From: Edaphobacter sp.
GTDB taxonomy: Bacteria; Acidobacteriota; Terriglobia; Terriglobales; Acidobacteriaceae
DNA: 64,000 nucleotides
Assembly: GCA_025462755.1 (NCBI GenBank)
Contig: JAOAPF010000265.1
Coordinates: forward strand, 20,162-84,161
Direction: 5' to 3'
This document shows positions 46,065 to 56,806 of the stretch, one piece after another. The position numbers were made by a program, and so were the translations under genes. Every line of letters starts with the position of its first letter. Position 1 is the first letter of the stretch. The notes under the pieces were generated by a model, which saw only the letters and a list, made by a program, of their open reading frames with translations, was not told the DNA's origin and made no database searches.

Positions 46065-46877
46065 TTAGCGCAAGTCGTAGCTGAGTGGCTGCCGATCTTC
46101 TGATTCTGCGTTTAAGACGTAATGTTTCAAACCAACAGATTGCAATAGAGCAAGAACGATGAAGCGGGGATTGTTCAGAAGATACCGTCGCCATAATCTG
46201 GCGGGCTCCTGTAAGAGCCGGTGCAGCCATTGGAGTCCCGCATCCTTGACCCAATTGGGGCTGTCTTGAATTGCACCCGTGTGGAAGAGAAACGCTGCGC
46301 CGACGCCGATCATCAATTTTGCTTCCAGCACCGGCAGATAACGTGCCATAAACCGTTCTTGCTTCGGAGTACTGAGTCCCACCCAAATGATGTCTGGCCG
46401 TAGAGATCGCACCTTAGCTTCTAGTTCGCTCTCCCCCATTGCTGTCATTGGCCCAAATGGCGGTGAGTAGGTTCCTGCAATTTGCACCCACGGAAATCGT
46501 TGCAGCATTGTCTCACGTAAGCGTTCAGCGACGCCGGGTTCCCCTCCACAGAGAAAATGAACACAGTGACGAAATTCTTTCCCACCTATGATCTCGATCA
46601 TTAGGTCAGGACCGAAGACCCGCTGCATTGTGGAGAAACCTTGCGTATGCCCCATCCAGACAGTTGGCATGCCATCCGGCGCGACCAGAAGAGCCTCGTC
46701 AAAGATTGATCTCAAGCCGGGATCTCGTTGGGCCTCCATAATTCCATGCACGCCGGTGAGGCACACATATCCCTTGCGTCCGTTTCTGATGTAGACCTCA
46801 AGAAGCGAGACAGTGCTCTGCATATCAACGGCATCGACCCCGATGCCTAGCACATTGACCTGTTCAGTCTTTTGCAC
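46065..46877 (-). CDS. WecB/TagA/CpsF (GT26) glycosyltransferase
   Basis: PDGMP, RVFGPDL, WVGLSTPKQE, GVGAAF, GL.WL.RL.QEP.RLWRRY. Confidence 0.92.
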   Translation of the reverse strand: MQKTEQVNVLGIGVDAVDMQSTVSLLEVYIRNGRKGYVCLTGVHGIMEAQRDPGLRSIFDEALLVAPDGMPTVWMGHTQGFSTMQRVFGPDLMIEIIGGKEFRHCVHFLCGGEPGVAERLRETMLQRFPWVQIAGTYSPPFGPMTAMGESELEAKVRSLRPDIIWVGLSTPKQERFMARYLPVLEAKLMIGVGAAFLFHTGAIQDSPNWVKDAGLQWLHRLLQEPARLWRRYLLNNPRFIVLALLQSVGLKHYVLNAESEDRQPLSYDLR

Positions 46878-46895
46878 AGTTAGTCTTCCTCGTTG

Positions 46896-48020
46896 TTACA
46901 CCCGGCCCAATGCGTCTTCTCTTAGTTCCGAGTAGAGAGCCGCGTACTCCCTCGCAATGTTTCCCGGAAGAAATCTTTCGAGCCGTTTCGCCTGCCTCGC
47001 TGGCTCTGACAATGCGTAGCAAATGCCGTCAACTATTGCAGAAGAATCTAATTCCGCATGGAGGTCAAAATAAATGCAAGCATCGCCGCCAATTTCACGA
47101 AAGACTGGTATGTCGGAACACACAACACGGCTGCCGCAAGACAATCCTTCCACCACAGGAAGACCAAATCCTTCCATCGAAGACGGAACTATCAGGAACT
47201 CACAATTCTCATAGAGCCACCTGAGCTCTCCGTCGGTAACGCCGTCGATTAACTTGACGCTTCGCTCGAGCGACAGTTGTCCTATGAGAGTTCGGATCGC
47301 AGCAGTCTCCGGACCCTGGTTACCTACCAACACTAGCGAGACTTGGTCAATACATTGCCGCTGCAGAAACTCCTCAAAAGCTCTAAGAGCCAATAGGATG
47401 TTTTTGTTGGCACGGTGCTGCGCAACCATCAGTACAAATTTGCCTCGTTGCCCCACGGGTAAAGCTGGTTCAGCGGACCCTATGGTCACACAGTTGTGAA
47501 TCACAACCGCTTTTCTCTGTGCGAACCGAGGAAAGCGTTCCCTCAGCCTGCAGAGAGTTGTCTCTGAAACGCAGGCGACACAGTCGACCTCTCTGAGGCA
47601 CTGTTGGAGAAATACCCTGTTGAAGAACACTCTTGGAAAACCAAAATTACTGGGTTCATCATAAGGATAGAGGTCATGCAGGGAAACGACTACTGGACAT
47701 CGCATCATGCTTCGCCGGATGGGAACAGGGAAAGACAGATGAACAATATCGGCGGCAACTCCATCGGCGAGCTTCGGCAGCTCTCGCAGGTACCACATAT
47801 TTCGCGCGAAAGCGCTATTTGGAATATCAATGGAGACGATAGTGACGCTTACAGTATCCATGTTAAATGAGTTTCTAAAATACAATTCTTGCCACTTGCC
47901 AAAAGCTAGCGTGACCTGCAGGTCTCCATTACTAGCCGCACAACGCGCAAGGTTATAAGCATGTCTGCATATCCCGGAGGGACCTGTTGCAGAGGAGATC
48001 GCAGTTATCAATATATTCAT
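46896..48020 (-). CDS. GT4-family glycosyltransferase
   Basis: HDL.P, VSETT, KN, PS..EGFGLP.VE, SDIPVFRE. Confidence 0.88.
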   Translation of the reverse strand: MNILITAISSATGPSGICRHAYNLARCAASNGDLQVTLAFGKWQELYFRNSFNMDTVSVTIVSIDIPNSAFARNMWYLRELPKLADGVAADIVHLSFPVPIRRSMMRCPVVVSLHDLYPYDEPSNFGFPRVFFNRVFLQQCLREVDCVACVSETTLCRLRERFPRFAQRKAVVIHNCVTIGSAEPALPVGQRGKFVLMVAQHRANKNILLALRAFEEFLQRQCIDQVSLVLVGNQGPETAAIRTLIGQLSLERSVKLIDGVTDGELRWLYENCEFLIVPSSMEGFGLPVVEGLSCGSRVVCSDIPVFREIGGDACIYFDLHAELDSSAIVDGICYALSEPARQAKRLERFLPGNIAREYAALYSELREDALGRV

Positions 48021-48029
48021 GGCAACAAG

Positions 48030-48875
48030 TCACATCTCAATCAAACTGCCGCTATTCGGGCTCCAGTAATAGCCTCGGAGCATCTTTTCCGAATACCGCC
48101 TGAAACCGGCTACAGCCCGGAAACACATGAGCACCAGGCGCCTCACGCTTGGATACCTCAAACGACGAAAGATCGGCGCTGCAGCAAGAACCACCTGCCG
48201 ATGCTCCATTCGTTGCAATTCCGGAGCACGACAAGTTTTGCTGCCAGGCTGCATCCTGAAATCGGCAAGGAGGTGTGGAATATGCTTAAAACGATAGCCA
48301 CGAGCGGAAAGCCGGATAAAGAACTCCAGGTCCATCGCGTACTGCAGCTTTTCATCAAGCCAGCTGCCTTCATCAAATATCCTGCGTCGAAAAAACGTCG
48401 CGGTCGTTGGGATGTAGAGTATGCGGTGATAAAGCAGAATGAAGGCATTGAACTCAATCTCGCGCCTGATCTTAAGCACTTTCCCCGACTCATCCACCAG
48501 TAGATAATCACCGTAGATAATGTCGGCCTCAGGATTGTCTCTAAATCCCTGAACAACATGCTCGAAACAATTAGCTCGATAGCGATCATCCGAGTTAAGC
48601 CAGCCGATAATCTCGCCTTTTGCTTGTCGGAACCCTTTGTTCAAGGCCTCACTTTGACCATTGTCTCGCTCGGAAATCCAAAACATATTCTTTTGGCTAC
48701 TATTCGCGGTTCGGTGACGTAACAGATCGACAGTGCCGTCCGTCGACACTCCGTCGACCACCAGGTGTTCCCAATTGTCATGGCTTTGAAGGAGAACACT
48801 TTCCAGCGCCTCTCCAATGAAACTAGCTTGGTTGAAGGACGGTGTGATGATGGAGATCAGAGGTGTGTTTGTCAT
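48030..48875 (-). CDS. GT2-family glycosyltransferase
   Basis: ISIITPSFNQ, VDG.STDGT, GQS.ALNKG, WLNSDD. ATG 48875 overlaps the flippase stop (ATGA). Confidence 0.9.
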   Translation of the reverse strand: MTNTPLISIITPSFNQASFIGEALESVLLQSHDNWEHLVVDGVSTDGTVDLLRHRTANSSQKNMFWISERDNGQSEALNKGFRQAKGEIIGWLNSDDRYRANCFEHVVQGFRDNPEADIIYGDYLLVDESGKVLKIRREIEFNAFILLYHRILYIPTTATFFRRRIFDEGSWLDEKLQYAMDLEFFIRLSARGYRFKHIPHLLADFRMQPGSKTCRAPELQRMEHRQVVLAAAPIFRRLRYPSVRRLVLMCFRAVAGFRRYSEKMLRGYYWSPNSGSLIEM

Positions 48876-50284
48876 GAACTGATGTATCGTGTGACTCCTG
48901 CGCGCTTGCCTATTCTCAAACGATGTCGCTTCGTCGGTGAATTCGCACTGGTCGTAGCTACCGAATACGTGGAAGACTGCGGTAATGATCCGCCCGACTC
49001 CCCTCGCCAGATAAATCTGTATAGGTACAAGTATGTGAGCCAAGTAATTGGGCCGTAGACGAGCCTTGCCAACGCCGCCCCTTGCAATCCATATCTTGGA
49101 ATCAGCAGCGCCATAGTAAGCAACATTGCGATTCCTGCTAGGAGGTTGAGACATGTCACAGTCCTAATCTGACCTATGGCAAGCAGAGCATAGTGCGCGG
49201 TAATATTCATTCCGAGTAATGCAAAACCGCAGACAATTGTCGGAAATATCCGTAGCGCCTCTTGACCAAAAGCAGACCCTATCCAGTCCGTTAAAATGCG
49301 ACCTTCGAAGATAATCAAAGGCAAAGCCAAGGCGATGACCAGCGCAGCGTTGATGATGAATGCCATAGTTACCTTCCGTCGTATCTCTGAGAGTGGCGCA
49401 ACAGGAAGGCGAGCGCTGAGGTGTGGGAACAGGAAATGCAATCCAGAAGAGATCAAGCCATGGATCGGTTGTGCTGCCTGAATGCAGAGACCGTAATACG
49501 CAACGGCGGGAGCACCCATGAAAACTCCAACGAAGAAGCGATCCACGTGGCTGAAGACCACACCGGATATCGCCTGCAGCCAGCTGAAAGTTCCGAACGC
49601 AGCAATATCGGATACTGTCCTCCGTTGCCAGGAAGGCATCGGTAAGAAGGTTCCTATCTTCGTTCTAAGTGCCAGCCCTTGCGCCAGCGTACCAAAGGTC
49701 GAAATAAGTAACGTGGCAACCATGATCCATGCGACGTTACGTCCATATCGGGCTAGCAGAACTGCAAACACCAGGATCGCGACACGTGAGCAGATAGAGA
49801 TAGGAGCCGTTAAGCTATAGGTCTCGAAAGCGCGCAGCGTACTGATAAATACGCCGTCGATTGATCGCACCAGAAGTAACCCACTCCCAATCCGAAGTGA
49901 ATGCAAGCAGATTGTTTGGAGTTCACGATCAACCTTTACTATGTGGTTAGTAGCATAAGGAGCGAGGCACCACAATGCAATTGCCAAACTACCGCTTAGC
50001 ATCAGGTTAATGGAAATTATGTTGCGGACAATACGTACAATACCTGGCCGATCTCCCCGGCCCCGACAGGCTCCCACATATTTAATGACAGCATCACCAA
50101 AACTCCCCGAGACGATTCCGCCGCTGCTGACGGCAGCGCCAGCTAATACCCACACTCCATATTGGGCAGTCCCCAAATGTCGTAGCAGAAAGGGAGCGGT
50201 AAGCAGCATCCCTACCGGTAGAACCAGATAGTCTGCACCGCCGTAGAAAGCGTTCGCCCAACTTCGACGTCTAGTGTCGCTCAT
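48872..50284 (-). CDS. Wzx-like oligosaccharide flippase
   Basis: P.LLR.LG..QYG.W, DRFFVG..G..AVAYY, P.YGL.GAALA; many TM segments. Confidence 0.85.
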   Translation of the reverse strand: MSDTRRRSWANAFYGGADYLVLPVGMLLTAPFLLRHLGTAQYGVWVLAGAAVSSGGIVSGSFGDAVIKYVGACRGRGDRPGIVRIVRNIISINLMLSGSLAIALWCLAPYATNHIVKVDRELQTICLHSLRIGSGLLLVRSIDGVFISTLRAFETYSLTAPISICSRVAILVFAVLLARYGRNVAWIMVATLLISTFGTLAQGLALRTKIGTFLPMPSWQRRTVSDIAAFGTFSWLQAISGVVFSHVDRFFVGVFMGAPAVAYYGLCIQAAQPIHGLISSGLHFLFPHLSARLPVAPLSEIRRKVTMAFIINAALVIALALPLIIFEGRILTDWIGSAFGQEALRIFPTIVCGFALLGMNITAHYALLAIGQIRTVTCLNLLAGIAMLLTMALLIPRYGLQGAALARLVYGPITWLTYLYLYRFIWRGESGGSLPQSSTYSVATTSANSPTKRHRLRIGKRAGVTRYISS

Positions 50285-50337
50285 TCGTAGGCCCTGCGTA
50301 TCGCGCGAGCTCATGCACCACTTCTTACCGACGAGCT

Positions 50338-51630
50338 TCATACTGAACTTCGCCTCCAACCATTCCGGATCGTAGTGGCAATGTTCATGGCTAGCACCCG
50401 CCGCGCATCCCCGCCGTCCATCTCCAACCAGGAACGTCTTGCCAGCAGGAACGCCGCAGTCAGGACCGCAGAAAGAAGAGTCGATATCAGTACGATCAGA
50501 GTCCGATGAGGTCCTGACTTTCTTTCTGGCATTCCAGGAACATCGATGACGCTCACTGTAGGGATAGACTTTACTTCTTCGATACGTGCGGTCTCATACT
50601 CCTCCGAGAGTAAGTCGAACACCGTTTCGTGTATTCGGACATTTCTATACAGATTCGCCCATCGAACGCCCAACTGAGGAAGTTGCCGTAGGGCGGGATA
50701 TGGATGGCTAGGGTCGATATCGCTACCGTCTGGACCAGTAGAGCTTTGGCCGTTGGCACGTTGCAGCTCACGTTGCAGAATCGCATTCCTCGCTTCTGCC
50801 GCGCGGACTCGCACATTCTGGTCGCCGTAAATCTGACGCAGAGAGTCGAGCTCAGTCTTGCCTGCAATAAGTTGACCTTCGAGCTTAGCTCCCGCATCGA
50901 CTGTGGCACGGGTTTGCTCTTTGACGTCAATAGTGGTGTTCTTACTGGAGAAGTCGCTTAATTCCAATTGTGCGCGTTGCAACTCAGCCTGCACTGTATT
51001 TAGGCGTTGCTCGATGAACTCCCGCTCTCGATGTGCCGACGAGGTGTTCACTTTGGCCACCAAATTGTTCAGCTCGTCCAAATATCCCTGTGCCAAATCA
51101 CGTGCCCGCTCACGTGTCTCATCTGTAACAGCGACCGTAATAACACCACTCTTCGTATCCTCGGTAATTTTGGTCAGGTGAGCCAATCGTTTGGCGGTGT
51201 CTTCGCGATAACGTTTGCGATACACCTGCTGCAGGTCGAATCGGTCAATCAGATGCCCGCTCACGGTTCCACTGTGCAAGAGAGCAACAAACAAGGCGCC
51301 GTTATTCTTGGTACCCAGCAGGCTTCCCGCCAGACCTGCCAACCCTCCGGCAGATCCTTTGCCGACTAATGCGGCAAGCATCGCTGCAGTATTTCCCCCT
51401 TGCTCCGGAGGCATGATGCGTGCTCCGGAGACATATTCTTTCGGCAAAAGCAAAGCAACCAGTATGCTCAACGCAAAAACGATCCCAGTAACCCGCAGAA
51501 AGAGGCCTCGGAAGTTCCAAAACAAGGATGCATTCTCAACCCAGTTCGCTTTTTCCCCCCCTGTTGCGAGCGGCTCCCGAGTACCGTAATCCTGTAGCTG
51601 AGGTATCTGCTCAACTGACTCAGTTAGCAT
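50338..51630 (-). CDS. Wzz/GumC-type polysaccharide co-polymerase (no C-terminal kinase domain)
   Basis: N-terminal TM + P..Y.S.A.IMPP, coiled coils, YE.A.IEE, VID....PE.KS.P.R + C-terminal TM. Confidence 0.85.
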   Translation of the reverse strand: MLTESVEQIPQLQDYGTREPLATGGEKANWVENASLFWNFRGLFLRVTGIVFALSILVALLLPKEYVSGARIMPPEQGGNTAAMLAALVGKGSAGGLAGLAGSLLGTKNNGALFVALLHSGTVSGHLIDRFDLQQVYRKRYREDTAKRLAHLTKITEDTKSGVITVAVTDETRERARDLAQGYLDELNNLVAKVNTSSAHREREFIEQRLNTVQAELQRAQLELSDFSSKNTTIDVKEQTRATVDAGAKLEGQLIAGKTELDSLRQIYGDQNVRVRAAEARNAILQRELQRANGQSSTGPDGSDIDPSHPYPALRQLPQLGVRWANLYRNVRIHETVFDLLSEEYETARIEEVKSIPTVSVIDVPGMPERKSGPHRTLIVLISTLLSAVLTAAFLLARRSWLEMDGGDARRVLAMNIATTIRNGWRRSSV

Positions 51631-51789
51631 CAGTCGCACCTCGATATCTGGAATTGGCAGACCAGTATTCCTTGGCCAGTTGGCCTTTTTGGAACGATAA
51701 TGCTCCAGTGTTGAGCAAATGTAGTCCTGCTCCTCGAAAGAGGAATATGAATGGCGTTTGGATGAAGATACGAGTGCATAATTAACCGA

Positions 51790-54756
51790 CTAACGCAGTG
51801 CAAGGGCGGCAGCAAATCCAACAGAAGAAAGTATTTGTGCAGAAGCAAATAGATTTCTCAGCGCGGCCGAGCCTCCAAAAACTTTTTGCGGTACGACAAC
51901 AACATCCCCGGGCTCAAGCTTTGTTTCTAAGACACCGGGCTCGTACCATTCACCCGATCGCCGGCCTACGACGAGGCCATTTGCGCGAATGACAAGTACC
52001 TCTTTCATATTTCCGCCCTCGGTGCTTCCGCCAGCACGCTTCAAATACCAGCCAGCAGTTTTGCCAGGGACGAATGTAATTGCGGACGCGTTGTAGACCT
52101 GGCCGCTGATCAGAACGAAGCCTGGTTTTTTCGGGACGGTCAGCACATCCCCACGGCGCATCTCGATATCGGCAGCAGTACCCTCCCAACTTGCTATGTC
52201 ACCGCTGATTCTTATAACGAGGCGTCCGATCGAAGGCTGGGTGCGCAGTCGCTCAACTACCGCCTTCTGCTGCTGAACGAGAATCTGTAAGGTCGCGGCG
52301 TCATCTTGTGCGGAAAGACTTGATCCAAGCTTTGCACCGGCCGGGGTGGTCTCGATTTGATGGATCAATTCGCTCCTGCTCTTATCCTCGAGTTCCTTTA
52401 CTTGATTACGAACAAGGACGGCTCCCATCGGGTAAGCCGTGGCTCGGAATCCGCCGGCACGCTTCAAGACGGAGCTAAGTCTTTCCCCTTCCTGTATTCC
52501 ATAGGGCCCAGGATAGGTAATTTCACCCTCCAAACTGACGGACGATCCAATGTCATTCCACCCTGATATTTGATGAACCGTAAGCACGTCCCCAGGCTTC
52601 AGAACTGCGTCTGCACTCGAGCCCGGATTGTTCACAGCCTCGCCGATCTTGACCGTATCTCTCCGACTCAGAACCTGTTTGCCGTCCCTGATGTCGTAGC
52701 TGGCAAGATCTGCGTCGTCAAGCAGCGCGCTACGATTGAATCCGCCAGCCATGCGTACCAGCTGCGCCATCGTCATACCCCGCGAAAGAGGGTACGTTCC
52801 GGGATGAAGTACCTCGCCGTGCACCTGAACCTTCGGTCCATCTGCCTCGTAGCGTCCAAGAACACGGATCGTGTCGAAGGGTTGGAGATGGATCTGCTCA
52901 TTTCCGGTCAATACGTCCGGGACATTGAAATCGATCGCTTCTGCCCGCAGATCAGGAGGCATGAGCCGGATAATCACCCCGCGGTCCGCTGGCTCCGGTA
53001 ATAAATCCTGATAAGAGCGAATCACATCGTTCAGCTTCATGTCGTCACGATAGGGAACTTTCCCGGGACGTACGACATGTCCCTCAAGGTAAATCGTTCT
53101 TTCACTGTAGGGCAGTATTGGAGCAACGCTAACCCGATCCCCATCCTGAATGGCGAAGGCATCCATCAACTTTCTTGATGATTCCGTGGTGCTTCCTTCT
53201 GGCAGGTCAAGATTCAGGGTTGTGCGATGCCCTTGCGCCCCTACTCTTTCGATCGTGATGTGGGTCAACGAAGCGGATACAAGGACACCGCCGGCGTCAT
53301 TCAAGACATCCGATAGCTTTGTCTCGTCCTTCAATTCGTAGATGGCGGGCCGCTTGACCATTCCTGCAACGGCAACCTGCCGTCCCGCAGGTGAGACTAA
53401 TATCGTGTCGCCGTCTTGGATTCTTTCCGTATCTGGACGCACGCCTCGCAGCAGAAACTCGTAGAGGTCAACCTCACGCACTAGCTCCTTTCCGCGATAA
53501 TGACGAGCCACGCGAAGAGAACCAATACTCGTCGGGCCTCCTGCTGCGTACAGCGCATTCAGAGGGGTCGATAGAGAAGTTATGTCATAAGCTCCTGGCC
53601 GCTGCACATCGCCGACAACGTAGACCCTTACGGTGCGCAACCTTGCGATAGTCACGGCCACCTTCGCATCTCTGAACTGCTGGCTCAACGCGATTTGCAC
53701 TAGGGCCTGTGCGCGCTCCAGAGACAATCCCGCCACGACTATCGTTCCCGCCTCGGGCAAAACAATCTTGCCTTCGCGATCGACTGTGCGAGAAAAACTC
53801 TGAGAGACTCCTCCCCACAAATTGACGATTAGCCCATCACCTACACCAACAATGTAGTCAGGTCCAATCGGAATATCCACCGACATCTGTTTGGTATCCG
53901 TGCCCCGATTCACAAACATATCGGAACCAAAGCGCTTCAAGTTCGAAGTCTGTTCAGGTACCTGCGTGTAGAGATCGCGAAGAGACTGGAGGTTGTAGGG
54001 GGCTGTCTGATGTACAACCTGCACCGCACTCGGGTTGTTCCGATCGGGCTTGGCTGCTGAAGATCCATCTCTCCCCTCAGCCTGCTTCGGCACGATTCTT
54101 CTTCCCTGGGTTCCGTCGGAAGTGGAGGTACTATTCTGCGTTTTATTCGGATCGCTTCGCCCTGAGTCTCCGGCAGCTCCGCTTGCCAACGAATTCGGAA
54201 GTCCCAGCGCTGTTGTATTAATAGTGCTTGCAACATCATCCGAACTCTTCGGATCTAAATCCGATCTGTCAAAGTCCGCCTCCGACACATACCCACGAGC
54301 TCGCAACCAGATACTAATGGCGCCACGCAGGCCTGCGTCTGAGCCTATTCCCCTGTACAACATGTCGTCGGTAATGGAGTCTACCTGGACAGGATTTCCC
54401 TGTTGTTCCAGGTAATCAGCCATCACTTGTTTGATGTCTACGATCAGTTCCGGCCGTGCCTGCACGATAGCGATAATCTGTCTGGCCGTCAGAGTGCCAT
54501 TCGGATTTGCGCTGAGACTTCCTCCATCATTGCTGCTCCTGGAGGTCGTTTTATCATCTTCCGTTGAAGCCGTAGCCGAGGCATTCGCGGATGAAGAAAT
54601 CGACGGTAACGTAGATGGTAGACCCGTTGGCAGGCTAGGGACCTGCAGTTGTTGCGCGACCCCAACAGCAGTCAGCAGAAAATAAACGAGACTTGCAGTC
54701 ACACTTTGTTTTGCTCTTCGGTCCCAGACAATAAAACAATCTTGCACGACTCTCAC
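51790..54756 (-). CDS. SLBB-repeat polysaccharide export protein (Wza/KpsD-like)
   Basis: DYIVGVGD, VDREG.I.LPE.G, repeated V.G.V..PG.Y and AGG SLBB units, LEPGDVVVVP. Confidence 0.88.
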   Translation of the reverse strand: MRVVQDCFIVWDRRAKQSVTASLVYFLLTAVGVAQQLQVPSLPTGLPSTLPSISSSANASATASTEDDKTTSRSSNDGGSLSANPNGTLTARQIIAIVQARPELIVDIKQVMADYLEQQGNPVQVDSITDDMLYRGIGSDAGLRGAISIWLRARGYVSEADFDRSDLDPKSSDDVASTINTTALGLPNSLASGAAGDSGRSDPNKTQNSTSTSDGTQGRRIVPKQAEGRDGSSAAKPDRNNPSAVQVVHQTAPYNLQSLRDLYTQVPEQTSNLKRFGSDMFVNRGTDTKQMSVDIPIGPDYIVGVGDGLIVNLWGGVSQSFSRTVDREGKIVLPEAGTIVVAGLSLERAQALVQIALSQQFRDAKVAVTIARLRTVRVYVVGDVQRPGAYDITSLSTPLNALYAAGGPTSIGSLRVARHYRGKELVREVDLYEFLLRGVRPDTERIQDGDTILVSPAGRQVAVAGMVKRPAIYELKDETKLSDVLNDAGGVLVSASLTHITIERVGAQGHRTTLNLDLPEGSTTESSRKLMDAFAIQDGDRVSVAPILPYSERTIYLEGHVVRPGKVPYRDDMKLNDVIRSYQDLLPEPADRGVIIRLMPPDLRAEAIDFNVPDVLTGNEQIHLQPFDTIRVLGRYEADGPKVQVHGEVLHPGTYPLSRGMTMAQLVRMAGGFNRSALLDDADLASYDIRDGKQVLSRRDTVKIGEAVNNPGSSADAVLKPGDVLTVHQISGWNDIGSSVSLEGEITYPGPYGIQEGERLSSVLKRAGGFRATAYPMGAVLVRNQVKELEDKSRSELIHQIETTPAGAKLGSSLSAQDDAATLQILVQQQKAVVERLRTQPSIGRLVIRISGDIASWEGTAADIEMRRGDVLTVPKKPGFVLISGQVYNASAITFVPGKTAGWYLKRAGGSTEGGNMKEVLVIRANGLVVGRRSGEWYEPGVLETKLEPGDVVVVPQKVFGGSAALRNLFASAQILSSVGFAAALALR

Positions 54757-54802
54757 CTATTGACTCCGTCCAGCGATACCTCGCGAACTGCATCCCGACC
54801 GC

Positions 54803-55345
54803 TCACCGCTTCTTCTCCTGTGGTTCAATGTCAAACTCACTTACTTCGACCACAATCGATCTCATAATGGCCTCAATGGACAGAACAACGCGATACTCCT
54901 GCTTACGTCGCGTAAGGATCCCTGTCATTCCAATGAGCGGACCAGCCACAATACGCACCGGATCGCCATTATTCAGGAATGGGTGCGGTTCGGCCTTGAG
55001 GGTTTCTGTGGCGGTTCGCAAGACCGATATGTCTTCGTCTGAGATGACCGTAGGCTTTGCGGATGAAGCCGCGAATCCGAGGACTCCGGGATGCTGCAAC
55101 AGGCGGATGCGGTCGTGAATCGAGGCTCTGGCAAATAGATAGCAAGGGAATAACGGCACGTCGACATCCACATGCACACCGTTCTTCCATGTGTGTCGAC
55201 TTCGATGCAAAGGAAGGAATGTTTCTAGCGACTGCGAACCAAGCCGCTCTGCAACCCGCTTTTCGTGCCTGGATCGAATATGAAGCGCATACCAGTTCAA
55301 CGACGCATCCGGGCAAGCGGTCGAATGACCTTTATCCGCTATCAT
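54803..55345 (-). CDS. NusG-paralog transcription antiterminator (UpxY/RfaH/LoaP-like)
   Basis: WYAL..RSRHEK, FLP, PLFP.YLF NGN domain; KOW GD.VRIV.GPL.G..G; ATG 55345 after AGGAGA. Confidence 0.88.
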   Translation of the reverse strand: MIADKGHSTACPDASLNWYALHIRSRHEKRVAERLGSQSLETFLPLHRSRHTWKNGVHVDVDVPLFPCYLFARASIHDRIRLLQHPGVLGFAASSAKPTVISDEDISVLRTATETLKAEPHPFLNNGDPVRIVAGPLIGMTGILTRRKQEYRVVLSIEAIMRSIVVEVSEFDIEPQEKKR

Positions 55346-55410
55346 CGGATCTCCTGACCGCGATTCATGTTCTTGCATACCACCTGTAACCACTGTTGCA
55401 AACCCACTTA

Positions 55411-55442
55411 CAGCTCCGCCCTGTCACTTAGGTATGGGTGAC
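55411..55442 (-). promoter_or_regulatory. ops/JUMPStart-like element with preceding hairpin
   Basis: Minus strand GTCAC-CCATACCTAA-GTGAC then AGGGCGGAGCTG, resembling ops (GGCGGTAG), about 65 nt upstream of the antiterminator start. Confidence 0.4.
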
Positions 55443-55511
55443 CTTCCCTGTTGGTTGTTGTTGCAACTGCCTTATCGCAGACCACAGTCATTGCAGTTGA
55501 ATCAAAGGCCT

Positions 55512-56762
55512 TCAGCCCTGCAACAAAGCAATTGTTCTCTTCCAGCGCGATGCTTCAATCATGTATGACGAGCCTTGCGTAACGTGAAACCATAGGCGAA
55601 ACAAGAAATAGCTGACTTCACTTTGCTGCTGCTTCAGTCGAATAGATAAACTCTCGCCCTTGCGCGGAATTATCACCTTCGGTGGTCGATGGAGAGGGAG
55701 CAATTTTTTGCGTCTTGTATGCAACTGCGGATCATCATCGCCCGACAGAGCCCGCTCAAGGAGGAGATACAGTTTCGTACCCGGAAACAATGCAAACAGC
55801 ACACTATCCCCATAGCGCTCAATCCAGAAACAAACCGACCGCGGCAACTCTCGAACGGTCCAGGTCAACACAGCGGGAAGATGAGATATACCAAAGCTCT
55901 GGTCTGTAATAAGAGAGGCGACTCCGAGTGCCACTCTAACCTCAGAGTCGCCCATCGCATGAGTCTCTACATTCAGCCACAAAGCCTTGTCTGCAGAATG
56001 GAAATTAACAAAGTTGGCAAATTCGAGAATCCAGGAGACACGTGTCCATTCGCTTTTCACATGTTTGAATAGGTGAAGTGCCAGCCCAAGAAACTTGTCG
56101 CAATCCGAAAGAACCGGAAATTCTCGCCCCTTCCAACTCTGCAATTGCCTCCGCGAAAGTCTATCGTTGTGGAGCCTGATCCCATTCTGCTCACGAGAAT
56201 TGGCCAGATGGAGTTCTACAGATCGCTGCGGTTTATCTTTATATAGATCCCGAATTGCAGGCAGTTCTCCGCCACCTGCTTTGAACTCCTTGACTGCCTC
56301 TCCCTCGCCGGCCAAAGAGTAGCCAAGCTTCTCCAATGTTCTTGCGCAACCGGAGACGTCGCTGCATGCAACAAGAAAATCAAGGTCGAACTGACAGCGC
56401 AGAGCAGCGTCCGAGCATACGTCATGAACTAAGCTAAATCCCTTAAGATTCACGTAGGATAGGCCCATAGCCTGAAATTCCAGGTTGATCCTGACGAACT
56501 CCTCAAACATACAAGCGGTCTTCTCCCGATTGTCAGCAGCGTTTTTTTCAAGACGTCGCAAAACCCTACCGGGGATAGCAGCCTCCAATCCAAGCGCTCG
56601 AATGCGATCAAGAAAATAAAGAGCAAGCCCACTTGCATCTAACCAGCGGTAGATTCCAACCCATGCTCGATAGTCGAACCCCGCAAGACGATCATAATGA
56701 TCATCCTTCGTCTTGCCTTCGCGGAAGATCGCAATTACGGCTTTTGCCAGTTGATGATCCAT
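55512..56762 (-). CDS. Nucleotidyltransferase family protein (NTP_transf_5-like)
   Basis: LKGFSL.......R.Q.DLDFLV, L..LGY, VELH, ALHLFKH. Confidence 0.8.
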   Translation of the reverse strand: MDHQLAKAVIAIFREGKTKDDHYDRLAGFDYRAWVGIYRWLDASGLALYFLDRIRALGLEAAIPGRVLRRLEKNAADNREKTACMFEEFVRINLEFQAMGLSYVNLKGFSLVHDVCSDAALRCQFDLDFLVACSDVSGCARTLEKLGYSLAGEGEAVKEFKAGGGELPAIRDLYKDKPQRSVELHLANSREQNGIRLHNDRLSRRQLQSWKGREFPVLSDCDKFLGLALHLFKHVKSEWTRVSWILEFANFVNFHSADKALWLNVETHAMGDSEVRVALGVASLITDQSFGISHLPAVLTWTVRELPRSVCFWIERYGDSVLFALFPGTKLYLLLERALSGDDDPQLHTRRKKLLPLHRPPKVIIPRKGESLSIRLKQQQSEVSYFLFRLWFHVTQGSSYMIEASRWKRTIALLQG

Positions 56763-56806
56763 GCGTAATGTGTTCCTTTCCGTTTGTTTCTGTATTTCTC
56801 CCGACG

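Noticed and set aside
45987-49154. Long N-terminal extensions of the sugar transferase (to 46386) and GT2 (to 49154)
   Set aside because: They overlap neighbouring genes; internal ATGs at 45987 and 48875 have an RBS or stop-start coupling.
51630-51848. Small ORF between Wzz and the SLBB exporter as a RiPP precursor
   Set aside because: No RBS, overlaps flanking genes, no leader/core pattern.
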